NCBI GenBank assembly: GCA_048213135.1
Contig: PS015173.1
Span: forward strand, 1 to 64,000
Length of the DNA stretch: 64,000 nt
Direction of reading: 5' to 3'
DNA from: Reclinomonas americana ATCC 50394
Lineage: Eukaryota
Shown one piece after another: positions 1-12,247 of this stretch; the first letter of the stretch is position 1, and each line of letters begins with the position of its first letter. The notes under the pieces are model-generated. The model was not told the origin of the DNA and ran no database searches. It was given only the letters and a program-made list of their open reading frames with translations. The position numbers and the translations under genes are program-made.

Positions 1-2061
1 CTGAAGAGCGATCGTGACACGTTCGAGACTCAGGTGAGCGAGAGACACGCGATACGCCTCTTGTTTGTTCTCGCCGCTGATCCCTGCGAGTAGACGGTGG
101 AGATGGGCCAGATGGTGAAGCGGCTGGAGAGCGAGATTGATCGCATTCGTCGCGAGGGCGACATGGAGCTGGGCATTCTTGTTGCGTCTGTCTCTTCTTC
201 GTTTGTTCACGTACGGGTGAGCTGGCGCTGATACTGCGTGCAGCGACAACATGCCGACACGGAGCGCAACGTGCGTGCCACTGAGCTGACGGAGCTGGCG
301 CAAGCGGCGCAGTCCGAGTATCGGTTACATGATCGCAAGGTGCGGAGCAGACAGAGGGAGGCTGGTGTGGTGTGCGGTGTGCTCATGATGGCCTTGTGCA
401 GCAATCGCTGAGCATACGGCGGGCGCGCATCGTGGAGGAGCTGAAGCATGTGGAGACAAAGACCGCGGTGATCAGCACGACGCCGGCACCGAATGGGATG
501 GTGTCGCTGACTGAGCCGCTGACATCGCGCGTGCAGCGACAGCAAGAGTGCCGCAGTCGCAAGCAGGTGCTTGAGTCGGAGCTGGAGACGTTGCAGCTGG
601 AGGAGTATTGGTTGGAGCAGGATGTTGCGTGTGGAGGGGAGAGATTGAGCTGGTGTGCGAGATTGTTGCACGGACAACTCATCTCGTGCGAGTGACTGCA
701 GACTCTGCGGTTACAACAGTTGCAGGTGAAACGCAAGGCCGACGCCGAGGACACTGTGCGAGCGATTCTCCTCAAGAAGGAAGCAAGGGTTGGCAAGACA
801 GTGTCGTCTGTGTGGTGGGGTGCATATAAAGTGGTTCTCATGGAGAGTGCACGCAGGAACGGGAAATCAACGAGCTGATTCACGGCAAGCAGTTGGAGTT
901 GCAGAGTTTGCGGAGGCGACTCGCCATGCATCAGAAGGAGGGGGTGCGCGATCTACACAACTCGCTTTGTGCCGCTGGGAACTGCAGCTGACTCTCGCTC
1001 TCGCTGTTTGAGCAGTCGGAGAGACTGGCGAAGCGTGGAGCCGAGTTGGAGGCGGAGATTCAGCAGGCCATTCGTGATGCTGGTGATCGCATGCGAGCCG
1101 ACAGGGTGTGTACCATCTGCAAGGCCAGCTGGTACGTGAGTGTGCGCTGGCACTCACGAAAGCCTGCAGGATCGGCAAGTTCGTGAGCAAGCGGAACGGG
1201 AGGCCGATTTTGAGAATGCATGGTATGCGCGACAGAGGTCACTTTCGAAACGCGTGCGCGAGGACGAGGATGTTAGAGTGGCTGCCGAGGTACGTACGAC
1301 CGTGCGACAGATATGTGCGCTGTCACACGCACCTGTGTTGTGACTCGTGGATGCTATTTCTTTTTTCAGGTTGAGGCCGTGGAGCATGAACGAGCAGAAA
1401 AGGAGCTGTGGCAGTGTGTGCAATGTGGCGAGTTCACCTATAATATGGATCCAACCATGTGCAGATACCATGCTGGAGTTGCGCACCTTGACTTTCCATC
1501 TTCTTCTTGTGTCTCGTTGTCTCACCAGGCTCTCGTTGCAGGAGGTACATTGTGCAGTGTTATGCTGGTGATGCAGGTCCCTTACTAACACTGTCTGCTC
1601 TTCATTCCCGTCCACGCCACACAGTATGTGAGTGACTGTCCTCTTGATCACCCCCATTCCTTCACGGTGCTGACATGCATTCTGCAGGCTCCTCAGGTCC
1701 GATGACTGCTTCCATTGCTGCTCTCCTTCTCGTTATTCATCGTGACCCTTTTTGTCTGCTGCATGCAAACAGACGGTTGGCGAGGGAAGAGTGCGTCACA
1801 ACCACACACCCTGTCACTTGCATCGTTCTCAGTTCACTCACCCTTCCCTTCCTCCTCCTCCTCCTCGTCGTCACAGATTCAATTCGTTGTTGCGTACAGC
1901 ACCACCATCATCACCACTCGTCCCACCGCACTGCTCACCCCACGTCACCCACATGCACACAGTGGACGTGCTGCAATCAGACCGGCCACTACGCCCCGAC
2001 TTGTCGCGTCTCCCAACGACACCGACGATACGGCAATCGACCACAACTCACCATTCTCTAG
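1..2061 (+). CDS. 3' part of a multi-exon coiled-coil protein with a C-terminal Cys/His (BTK-motif/CHORD-like) zinc-binding motif
   Basis: Spliced exons give E/R/Q/L-rich heptads (LKSDRDTFETQ-TVEMGQMVKRLESEIDRIRREGDMELGIL-RQHADTER...), then CVQCGEFTYNMDPTMCRYHAG...WTCCNQTGHYAPTC...H and a TAG stop. The 5' end lies outside the window. Confidence 0.65.
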
Positions 2062-2137
2062 AAGCTCTCCCTTTTATGGTCCCTCACGACGATCCTTGTT
2101 TCCCCACCACACTCAAGTACACTACGACTCCTCATCT

Positions 2138-2479
2138 TTACGTACTGGTGGTGGTGGTGGTGGTCGGAGGAGGAGATGATGATGCTTGTTTTCGCTCCGG
2201 AGACTCCTCCAGCGCCTTTTGCGCCATGGCACGAATGCCAGAGAGTGTGTTGGGTGGCCTCTCACCCTCCGCGGGGTACACCACGTACTCGCGCTGTGTG
2301 CATGTGTGCGTCGTATGAGTGACTCAGAGAGAATGATGCATCAGAGATGCGAATGGCGCAACATTGAGAAGGACGCCTTCCAGCACCTCCGGGTGAGTGA
2401 TCACCACAAACGAGGCCACTGGCAGTGTCAGGTAGGTGGCGAACTTGAAGACCTCGAGGAAACCGCGGCGACCAGTCAT
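2138..2479 (-). CDS. PET100: PET100-family cytochrome c oxidase assembly factor (2 exons, intron 2362-2294)
   Basis: MTGRRGFLEVFKFATYLTLPVASFVVITHPEVLEGVLLN|REYVVYPAEGERPPNTLSGIRAMAQKALEE. The LEVFKFxxYLxxP transmembrane motif and NRxYVVYPxExxRPP match PET100 as I recall it from plants and fungi. The spliced product is not in the supplied ORF track. Confidence 0.8.
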
Positions 2480-2555
2480 TCTACACGCACACACAGGCAA
2501 GGAGGAGAGAGTGAATTCGAAGTCGCGATGTCCTGCTTCTCTACTCTCTCTTGTG

Positions 2556-3331
2556 ATGAGGTGCTTAGTGCTGCTCCTGCTGGCACTAGTGGCCTTGTCA
2601 AGTGTGGCGCACGCATTCCCCGCAGGGAGCACGCCACAATGCACAGAGTTGCAGACGTATCAGTTGCGCACACTCTCTCTCTCTCTCTTCTCTCTTCACA
2701 CTCCTCTCTCTTACACACGCGCGAGTGCAGGTTCACATGCGACACACCGTCACCATGCGAGCCCAACAACCTCAGCACACGTTGCGTCTGCACACGCGCA
2801 CTCATTCCCACACACACACACACGCACACTCATCGCAATCAAGCAGAGACATGCACGGTGCGACAGGGCGTCACGTGCACCGGAAGCACCACCTTTACAC
2901 GCAGTCGAGCGTGTGCCTATACGTTGCGTGCGCACACACACACGAGACTCACTTGCTTGTCTGCAAGCTCTCTCACCCCTCCAAACAGGAGCGGTGTTAA
3001 GTTTAGCACGGCGGTGGCGCTGTCGTCCATCTTTGGCGGTCTCGGCTTTGATCGCTGCTACATGGGATACCCGTTCTTGGGCGTGGCCAAGTTTCTGACT
3101 GTTGGTGGAGCACTGGCGTGGGGCTGGCTCGATTTTGTGTTGATCTCCACGCAGGTGACTGGCAAACTCTCGTTTGTTTTGCGTGTTGTCAGTCATTGAT
3201 TGACACGAACACGCGTGTGGCAGGCGATTGGACCGGCGGATGGCACAGCGTGGGATGTGGGACCTGGAGGCCAGCGGTTCTACTCGCTGGGCGGTGATCC
3301 GACGCCACCAGACGGCATGGTGTGGAACTGA
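2556..3331 (+). CDS. TM2-domain protein (TM2D1/BBP-like), 5 exons
   Basis: Signal peptide [20 protein letters not shown], Cys-rich ectodomain, TM2 motif [48 protein letters not shown], then IGPADG. Confidence 0.85.
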
Positions 3332-3384
3332 TTTGCCGCGTGTATTACCACATAAAAGAAAACTATCACCACAAGGGACCCCTC

Positions 3385-6300
3385 TCATCGCCCGGATCCT
3401 CCCGCCATTCCGCCGTCGCCACCTGGTGCGGCGATTGCGTTGCGCAGGAAGGGGTTTTGCACCTGGCGCACACGGGCACCGAACTGCAACGTCGACAGTG
3501 ATTCGCTGGTGTTCAGGCCGCTCGGGCACACCGTCAGAATCATGACGGTCTTTGAGTTGCCGCCGAGTGTGTCCTGTCACGGAGTGGAAAGAGAGAGTGT
3601 GTGTGTGTGCGTGGTGAGCGACTGGAATGGATAGCATACGGAGAGAGTGACGAGGAGAGCGCACCTGCAACAGCAGCGTGAGCTTGGAGTTGCGGTAGGG
3701 AATGTGCGCTTCGCGATTGGAGAGAGCAGACACGACATCGCCAAGAGCCGACAGGCTCTTGTTGATGTGCATGGCCTCCTTCATGCGATCGCCGCTCGAG
3801 CCCGACTTGGAGATGCGCTCCGAGCCAGCCAGATCCACAAACACCAATTTGCTGCGTGGCGTGGTGAGCGACAAGAAGCGAGAGAGACTGAGAGACATGA
3901 GGAAGCACTTGCAAAACCTCTTGGTGACAAAGCCCTCGCGCTGATGGTGCACGTCCAGATAGAGCGTAAAGATGGTGTGCGACCGTGACGAGCGCACATT
4001 GACGCCCGTGCTGTGGACCTGTCGCAGGCGGTTGCCACGGTCCAACAGATCCAACACCTCGATCGGTGTGTTGGCGTACTTGACGGTGGCATTGTGCACG
4101 TACGAACCAAAGCTGCGCAACAAAGGACGGTGAGCATGAGCAGGCCATCAACAACCCCAACAAGAGCAACACTGCAGCACGCAACATTCCGTTCGACTTG
4201 ACCTCCAGTCGGTGACGTGCCGTGGCCGCCGGACCGGCACCACGCATGGTGGACGCGTTGACGACCGACTCGTCGGCCAGCAGGTCGTGGAACTGATCAA
4301 GGTACAGCTGCGAACGGGACGGTCACAAAGTGTCAGATGCGCGCCGATGAATGCATGTGAATACGACAACACATCACCAACCTCGACCATGGAGCAGCGC
4401 ACAGAGTAGCGCGTGTTCTCCGTCGAGTCGCCCTGTGTCAGCAAGTGGAACAGCTCCTCGACAGCCCGCGACACCACGCCACGGTTCGACGGCTCGCCGT
4501 GAATCGTAAATGTCTTGCCACTGCCCGTCTGCCCGTACGCCATCACGCACACATTGTAGCCGTCAATGGCGCTTTGCATGAGGGGCGCCACTTCGGTGAA
4601 CACATCCTCCTGTGTGTGACGTGGCGAGAACACGCTGTGGAGATGGTAGTGAGGAGGAGGGCAATGAGAAAGAGAGACGATGATGAATGTGAAAGTGAGC
4701 ACACGAACCGGAAAAAGTCGAATGGTCGTGCGCCCGTGGACGTGGTGCGCACCACCACAGTCATGTCGTCCATGAGCTCGACAGCGCCCTCGTCGTAGTC
4801 GCGCGACGGATGTGCCTCCTCTGTGTACATCATGCATAGCAAGAGTGAGACGAGAGAGGTCAACAGCACGAGAAACTGTTTTGCCAGACACCCACCGTGT
4901 GGCAGCGTTGGTCGCATGCGGACAACCACACGAATCGTGCCCTTGAGATCCTCCAGCGTGTTGTGCAGCGACTTGCGCAGACGAGTCTCCTCGCGTAGCC
5001 TGGTCACCAGCATCGTATTCTGTCGCTCCAGCTTCTCCGCACGATCCTTCTCAATGGCGCGCTCCGTGGCGGCATTGACAACCACCGTGGCCAGCTCCAC
5101 ATCGCCATTCGCAATGGCCACCAGCGATTGCCGCAAGTCGTCCACGGCAGCTCGAGCACTTTGCGCCATCTGCATGCCACGAGACAGTTGAGGGGGCGAG
5201 AAAAAACAGAAAAACAGACAATGCGTCAAGACGAACCTGCTCATGCTGATCGGCCGATAATCTGGCCTGATGCAGGTCGCGCTCCATGCTCGCAATGTCG
5301 GCCTTTAGTGTGTCACACGCACTGCGATACCTCGCAATGTTCGACTCCAGTTCGTGAATGGTTTCTGCGTGAGAGCGTGACACAAGGTGGCGATTAGTCG
5401 CGCAAAGAAACACAATCAACAAGGATCATCGCTGACCTTCGTGTCGCTTGTGGAACACATTCTTCTGGTCGGCAAGCTCCTGCATCAGCGACAGCTTCTC
5501 GTCGTTCCACTTGTCCTTGTCTTGCTTCCAGATCTGCGGCGCGATGTTAGGAAGTGGGCTCATCGCGTAGATTGAGTGATGATGCAGTACCATGGTCAAG
5601 ATCTCCGTCTCCTCGCCCCAGTTGCGCAGAATGTGCTCCTTGTCGACCTCCCAGTCACGCTTGCCACTCTGCAGCGCCTGCATCACCTTCTCGCGCTCAC
5701 GAGCCACGAAATCCTATGCCACCACGCGTGGTGGGGTGAGCGTCGACAACAACTGAACCATGCCTCAAAAGGGATGGATGACTGTACCTTTTCAGTGGTG
5801 ACGTTGCGGGTGGACTCGGCATACTTGCGCTTCTCTTCCTCCCACAACTGTCGCTCCTCGTGGATCTTGGCCAGCAGGTGCTGCCGCTCTTGCTCCCACG
5901 TGACGACGGCACTCTCCTTGGCCTCGCCGAGCTTTCGCGCTTCGGCCTCCTTGCGGCGCAGCACCTCGCCACGCTCCATTTTCCAGTTGGTGCGCTCGCG
6001 CTCCACCTGCGGGCGAGAAAAATCAACACAGCTGCGTGCGACGGATGCCAGACCGACGTGCAGGCTATCGAACCTGCGCCACAAGCGAATCACGCTGCTG
6101 GATGAGCGCCGCGCAGCGCTTTCTCCACTCCTCACGCTCCCGCTCAAACTCGGTGACAATCGTGCCGCTGGAGCGATCGAGCTCCTGTCGCAGCCGCTGA
6201 TTCTCCTCAAACAGCTCACGCTTCTGCACCTCGGCCTGACGCAGGATCTCGTGCTTCTCCTGCTCCAGTGCAAAGGCATCGTCGGACGGAATCTCAATGC

Positions 6301-7961
6301 CGGCAATCACCACCGGAGAGCCTGCTGGTCTGAGCATGGCCGTCGCCGGCGACACGGCCCTGAATGGTGAAATGTACTTGGAGCCATTGGCGCTGCCGTT
6401 GGTGGAGGACAGATCGGCGGCGGCGGCGGCGGCGGAGGCATTCACGGACAGTCCCGTGGGCGGCACCGTGGTCATCTCACCCGTCACCGCCGACCACTGC
6501 TGCGAGCGTTGCAGCTGCGAGAACTGATTGCGCAGCTCCTGCTGCTGTCGCTGCAACAGCAGCTGCTCCGCCAGGAACTGCTGCTCACGTGACATGCCGC
6601 TCTCGGCGGGAGCGTTGGCGGGTGACGACAGTGGCGGCGCCTTGGGCGCGGGCCGAGAGGGTCGCCCACCGGGACGACTGACGGGCGACGACAGCGACGA
6701 CTGTCGTTCGCGCTCAGCCTGTTGCGTGGTGAACAACAGAGCTGCAAGGAGGGCCGAGAGTGCACACACACACACGCACACACCTGTCGAGCAACTTCGT
6801 TCTGATGCTGCTGCAACTGCTGGCGAATGAGATCATTCTGCTGCGTCTGCACCTCCTCCATCTTGTGGAATTGCTGCTCGAGCGACAGCGACGGCGCTTG
6901 GCGACTCGGAGGCGGCGACGGACCGCGGCTTGGCAGGTTCGGCACCGGACGCGGCGCAACGTATGTCGTGGCTGTGCGATATGCGTCAGCCGGCAAGAGA
7001 AACCGAACCCACAAGATGAGTGTGAAGAACGCAACGAGACATGGCGTAGCGCGCAAGCATCTCGGCGGCCGACAAGCCACCGGCGGGTGAGGAGCGCTGC
7101 GGTGAGTCGGGACGCGTCGATGACATGGCTCCCACCGGTGTGCCGACGGGCTTGATGGATAGCGCCGACGGCGGTTGTCCGTACAGAATCGAGGCCGGTG
7201 TGGCTTGCGATGCGGGCTCGTCGGACAGATACCGGGCCGGCTGCGGTGGCGCGCCCGACACCACCGGTGGATGCGAGGTGGCATTGATCACCGAGTTGGG
7301 TCGGCTTTCCAGAGGCGAGATGAGAGTGAGGAGGAGATGGAGAGAGATGAAGAGATAAAGTACCTGTCGGTGGTGACACCGGCCACTGGCGTTGAAATGA
7401 GCGCAGAGGGATCGGTCTGCGGCGGCGGTGAAGCACCGGGCTCACGCGGTCCGCGCATCAGCGTCAGCTGCGTGCTGTCATTCAACTCAAAGTCCTTGCC
7501 GGTCCAGTGATCGTGCAACTCACGGCCATTGATCAGCAGCGTCTGGGTGATCGAGTGAGCAAGAGATAAGGATGTGTGTGTATGTGTATGTGGTGAAGAA
7601 ACCTGTTCCTCTGCTGGCACACCGGTGACCTTTTGCAGGTTCTTCTTGATCTTATCGACGCGGAGTCGTTGCAGATCGCTGTGTGTGTTCACCAACGTGA
7701 GACACATTTTGTCGTTCCACCGCGCACACGCGCACACCCACCAAAGATAGAGAGAAGAAGAGAGGGACAGGGGAAGAGAGAGCGCGCACACACAATAAGA
7801 GTGGCGACGCAACGCTTTCTTCAGCACCACTCGATATCGCTTGTTATCGCTGGTCGAGAAGACACTGAACGAGATTTTCTCCTGTGTGTGCACGAGTGAG
7901 TGACTGTGCAAGTGCGAGCGAGGGAGAGAGAGAATGAGAGAAAAGGCACCTCCTCGGCCAT
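3385..7961 (-). CDS. Kinesin-14 (C-terminal motor) with N-terminal ubiquitin-like domain, Pro-rich linker and long coiled coil
   Basis: Neck [24 protein letters not shown]-loop [47 protein letters not shown]. Exons can be joined in frame from [12 protein letters not shown] (ATG 7961) to TGA 3385. Confidence 0.88.
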
Positions 7962-8206
7962 TGCGTTCCGCGTGCGTGTTTTTAGGTGGCCCGGTACGCC
8001 GCGAGCACTGTCCTCTTCCCGGTGCCTTTTCCAATGCGCGCCACTTTCCCATCGCCTTTCATTGGCATCACAATCCTCCTCCCGCACAAGCACACACAAG
8101 CACATTCACCCATTCCTTCGCCCGGGCTGCAATGCAAAAAAGAAGAAGAAAAAAACACGAAAGGCAACACAAAAAAGAGGCCAGCACATTCTTCGCCCGT
8201 TCCTTC

Positions 8207-8512
8207 TCAGTAGTCGTAATAGCCGCCGACTTGCGCGACAAACACATCAATCACATCGCCGTCCTCCAGACCGGCCTCCTGTGCCGTTTGCGCATCCTCC
8301 AGGCGCCTAGTGAGCACGACGAGAGAGAGAGAGTGAGAGACAAGCTGTTTCGTTTGTTTTCGTTTTGCTTACTCCGCGCAACTCTCCGTCAAAGGCAAAT
8401 CGCAGACGTGAGATTTCAATGTCTTGCCTCTTCGCGTAGGCGTTGAAGAGCTTCTTCAGTGGTGTCGATTTCTGCGCAAAGGAGGGAGGAGGGAGGAAGA
8501 GGGAGGGAGAGG

Positions 8513-8573
<61 letters not shown>

Positions 8574-8736
8574 AGGTACAGACACAGGGGCACACATAGA
8601 AGAGAGAGGGAAAGGGTGAGCACGTCACACGCTGTCACACACTTGTCTGCGGTGCATGTGTTTGTGCGTGTACCTTGACGCGGAAGTGCACCGAGTTGCC
8701 TTGCTGGTCTTGCACTTGGATGTTGATCTGTGTGTG
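8207..8736 (-). CDS. SUMO: SUMO (small ubiquitin-like modifier); N-terminus lost at the gap
   Basis: INIQVQDQQGNSVHFRVK|KSTPLKKLFNAYAKRQDIEISRLRFAFDGE|RLEDAQTAQEAGLEDGDVIDVFVAQVGG-YYDY*, with the di-glycine followed by a short propeptide. Confidence 0.92.
8513..8569. repeat. (CA)n microsatellite inside a SUMO intron
   Basis: Direct reading. Confidence 0.95.
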
Positions 8737-8756
8737 NNNNNNNNNNNNNNNNNNNN

Positions 8757-11436
8757 CACTGCACGAAGCAAAGTCTGAAAAGTCCCGTCTACTCAATGGA
8801 TATGTCGCCGATACGACTTGCTATGTCACCTTTTTGCTGACTTAGACTTGCTATCTATAGACTCCGGGTGGACATAGACGCAGACATAGACTTTTTATGA
8901 CCCGCTAAGTCAGACTTAGACGTGACTTGAACATTTTGCTGAGTCTGGAGACTTATCGGCGTCTATGTCTACGTCTATGCGTGCTTCTATGTCCATTCCC
9001 GGCAGACTGCTGCAGTGAACTCAGCAGCAGACATTGCAGACATAGTGGACTTTGCATGGCTGACATAGCAGGGTACATATCGAGACTCTGCTGCAGACTT
9101 GGAATCAAACATAGCACGAGAGATTGCAGTTACTTTGCCAGACATAATTCATTCAGGCCAGCCAGGTACCCCGCCTGCTGCACCGGGGCCACCGCACGCC
9201 CGCCCGCTGCAGCGCACACAGCAGGGCAGGCATGCACAGTGGCCTCGTGCAGAGGCTGGGCACACTGGCATACAACGCAGAGAGAGAGGGGGGGAGGAGA
9301 GAGAGAGAGAGGAAAATCCAGCCGCTTGCCCCGCACCATCAGCCGGGAGCAGCGGCACCGGCAGCGATTGCCGCCGCCGCAGCCGCAGCAGCAGCAGCAG
9401 CACCTGCACCCGCAGAGTGGATTCGCAGAGGAGCAAGCAGCTGGCCGAGAGCGGACATCGGTGCCTTCAGACTGCACGTCGGGGCGGCTGCCGATTGAAA
9501 CGATTGCGCACTGCTGCCTCGTGTTTCTGCGAGTTCAAGTGCACAGAGTGTAAGCAACCGTCAACAGAAACAGCAGTGGACTGCCAGTGCACACTCTCCC
9601 GCACACACACAGCGCAGGAAGCGCCACATTCAGTGAGGAACAGTGGTAGGAGAGACAGAACAAGAATGACACCAGTAGACTGGGCAGTGGCAGTGACTGA
9701 GAGTTGCCGGCAGCAGGGAGATAGACACACAAGTGACCTTGCCGGTCACCACGGGTCATTGCTCCCTAGCTCTGCTCACCACAAAACTCACCCACTTCCA
9801 CTGCCCACGCTTCCACTGTCACTCTTGTGCAGCCTCTCCCACCACTGTTCCTCACTGAGTGTGGCGCCTCTTGCGCCGTGCATGCGGAGAGTGCAAGAGA
9901 AAGGGACAAGTGGCCTCGCTTCACGAACACGACGCAACATCAGAGAGCAACTGAAACGACGATAAGGCAGATGCTTTCGATATCGAGAGGTGTCTTCACG
10001 TCCGAGTCGTTGCGTTTGCCACGATTGAGTGGAGCAAAGACCTGGGCGAGTGAGATATTGAGAACAAACTCTTGTCAAGGAATGGCCGCGCAGACGAGGC
10101 GAAGCAGTCGAGACTCACCAGTGCAAAGCCTCACACCGTCATTTTTCCGACACTGCGCTTTGTCGCGATCGACTTGTCACTTGAGAGCCGGATCAGAAGG
10201 TACCATCATTGGCAGCATTCATGACGTCTCAGGCCACTCCATCCAGTTGCACTTGCGCAGTTGTGGTGAGGCCGCGCGAGTGGGCGATTGAGGGTGATCA
10301 CAGCCTCTGGACATGGCGAACAGGGTTGCCTCACACTCAGACACTGCATAGCGCACGCTGATAGTGAGTGGTGGTGCTGTTGCCCGGATTCACGTCATTC
10401 TGTGGCAAAGGAAAGGAGAGGGAGAGCGGAAAAACGCACAGTGAGGAAGCGGCAACTCGCAACTTGACACAACCAATTATGCATGCTACGACACGGGAAA
10501 GGAGCAGGTACACGAGGAGTGCATGGTGTGTGTGTGTGTGAGAGAGAGAGAGAGGAGGGAGAGAGTGGGAGAGAAGAAGAGAGCGAGACAACAGCCATGC
10601 GAGAAGAGCGACAACACAGCGGTAGTGAGCGAGTTGTCTCCATGCCTCAGTAACATGCAGGGATGGAGCACACACGTGACATGACAGCAGAAACATGCAA
10701 CGACACACGCACCACACACACTGCGCATCGCCTGCTCACGTGCGAGAAGAAAAGCGAAAGTGAAGCTCAAAATTGAAGATCGATGTCGATGTCGATGTCG
10801 CACTGCGTCGGGGAATGGCTTCTCTTCTGACTGTGCGAGTGGCATCGGTAATCTACGTTGCCGGCGCACATTCTAGCAGCGGCACGGGACCCGTGCCCAC
10901 CTGTCGCACGATCAGCATGCAAAATCGAAACCGAACGTTCGAACATAGAAATTGACTTATCGGTTTCTCCAAGTCTGTGCTAAGTCTGCGCCGATCAGCA
11001 GCCCGCTTCCTCACAAAACGACTTAGATGTTTTCTGGGGCATGCAGACATAGACTGACTCGGCGGTGGACTTTTGCGGGCGATAAGTTATCGAGTTCGCG
11101 GAAATCAAGGTTCCCGACAAGCACAAATCACGCCGCTCGGTACGACGCCTGCAAAAGTGCCTGTCTGTCGGTGGGCAGTGTTGGAGGAGTCCGAGTAGTG
11201 AGTGCACTGACTGCCACCGCACTTAGTGGACTTGGCGAGACTTTACATGACTTTGCGGACTTTGCAGACTTTGCAAGATAGCGCGGCTGACATAGCTATT
11301 GGCGTCTATGTCACCCATTCCCGGCGGCGTTCGGCAGTGAGATAGACCAGACTCAGCTGAGATAGCCCAGACATATCGTGCTATGACTTGATAAGTCTTT
11401 CATAAGTCCATCCGATCTTTGGACGCTTCGCGCAGT
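8757..11436. mobile_element. Putative non-autonomous CACTA/EnSpm-like DNA transposon (about 2.7 kb)
   Basis: Left end CACTGCACGAAGC (8757-8769); right end GCTTCGCGCAGT (11425-11436) is an 11/12 inverted match. Both ends carry several hundred nt of short subterminal repeats (GACATAG/CTATGTC, AGACTT/AAGTCT) in both orientations. No transposase ORF recognised. Gaps on both sides hide any TSD. Confidence 0.7.
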
Positions 11437-11489
11437 NNNNNNNNNNNNNNNNNNNNGTGTGCCTCACTCTCCCATCCGCGCACAGGCAC

Positions 11490-12247
11490 CGCTCCACCAA
11501 CCGCGCCACCCGTCCGTGTTTGAGGAGCTGTACGCCCCGGACGATTACCTCGGTGGCGACAGTGACGAGGACGACGACGACGACGACGATGACGCTGCGG
11601 TGCCTGTCGACAGCGAGTTTGACAGTGTCGACGACGATGCGTACAAGACGGCCGATGGTTCCGGCGACGAAGCCGCCGGCAACGACAAGTTTGCGGCGAG
11701 GTGGGTGGGCATTGGCAAGCGCATTCTGCAGACGGTGGCGAAGAAGGCCACGGCCGCCTTTGAGCTCGTCCGACCACACCTGCCGTCGTGGAACAGCGAC
11801 GCCGACTACAACGACGACGGCGACAGCGACTACGACGACGACTACGCTCGGCGGCGACAACAGCAGGCCGCGGAGACAGCTGCCACGGCCGCCACGGCCA
11901 CCGCCGTGAAGAACAAGAGCAAGAAGAGCGGATCGTCCATGTCGACGGCCGCGGCCGCCATTGCCCGCCGCAAGCGCCACTCGCTCTCCAACTCGACGCA
12001 CCGCCGCCAGCCGAGCCTCATGTCGCCGGCCAGCCACCAGCTGCACGGCATGGTGCCGCCGCGCATGAACCTGCACCGCGAGGACAACTCCTCGCCGAGC
12101 GTGGCGATCCGCACGCGCGACATGGAGGCCGCGGCGACGGCGGCCGCGTTGCGCTCGTCGACCGAGTCGGTGGACTCGATGCTGGGCGGACGCCGGCGTC
12201 CTCAATTGGACCGAGTTGAACCCGCTGGAGCGGAGTTGAAGGGATAA
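11490..12247 (+). CDS. Terminal exon of an acidic/low-complexity protein, probably the continuation of the minus-strand gene at 12922 on an inverted contig
   Basis: Acceptor cgcacag| then APLHQPRHPSVFEELYAPDDYLGGDSDEDDDD... to a TAA TAG stop. No upstream plus-strand exon is visible. Confidence 0.5.

Noticed and set aside
8770-9140. CRISPR-like array from the short repeated motifs
   Set aside because: No constant-length repeat-spacer periodicity, and the motifs occur in both orientations. Better explained as transposon subterminal repeats.
9099-10291. Transposase ORF inside the element
   Set aside because: No DDE, TnpD or zinc-finger motifs recognisable in any listed frame.
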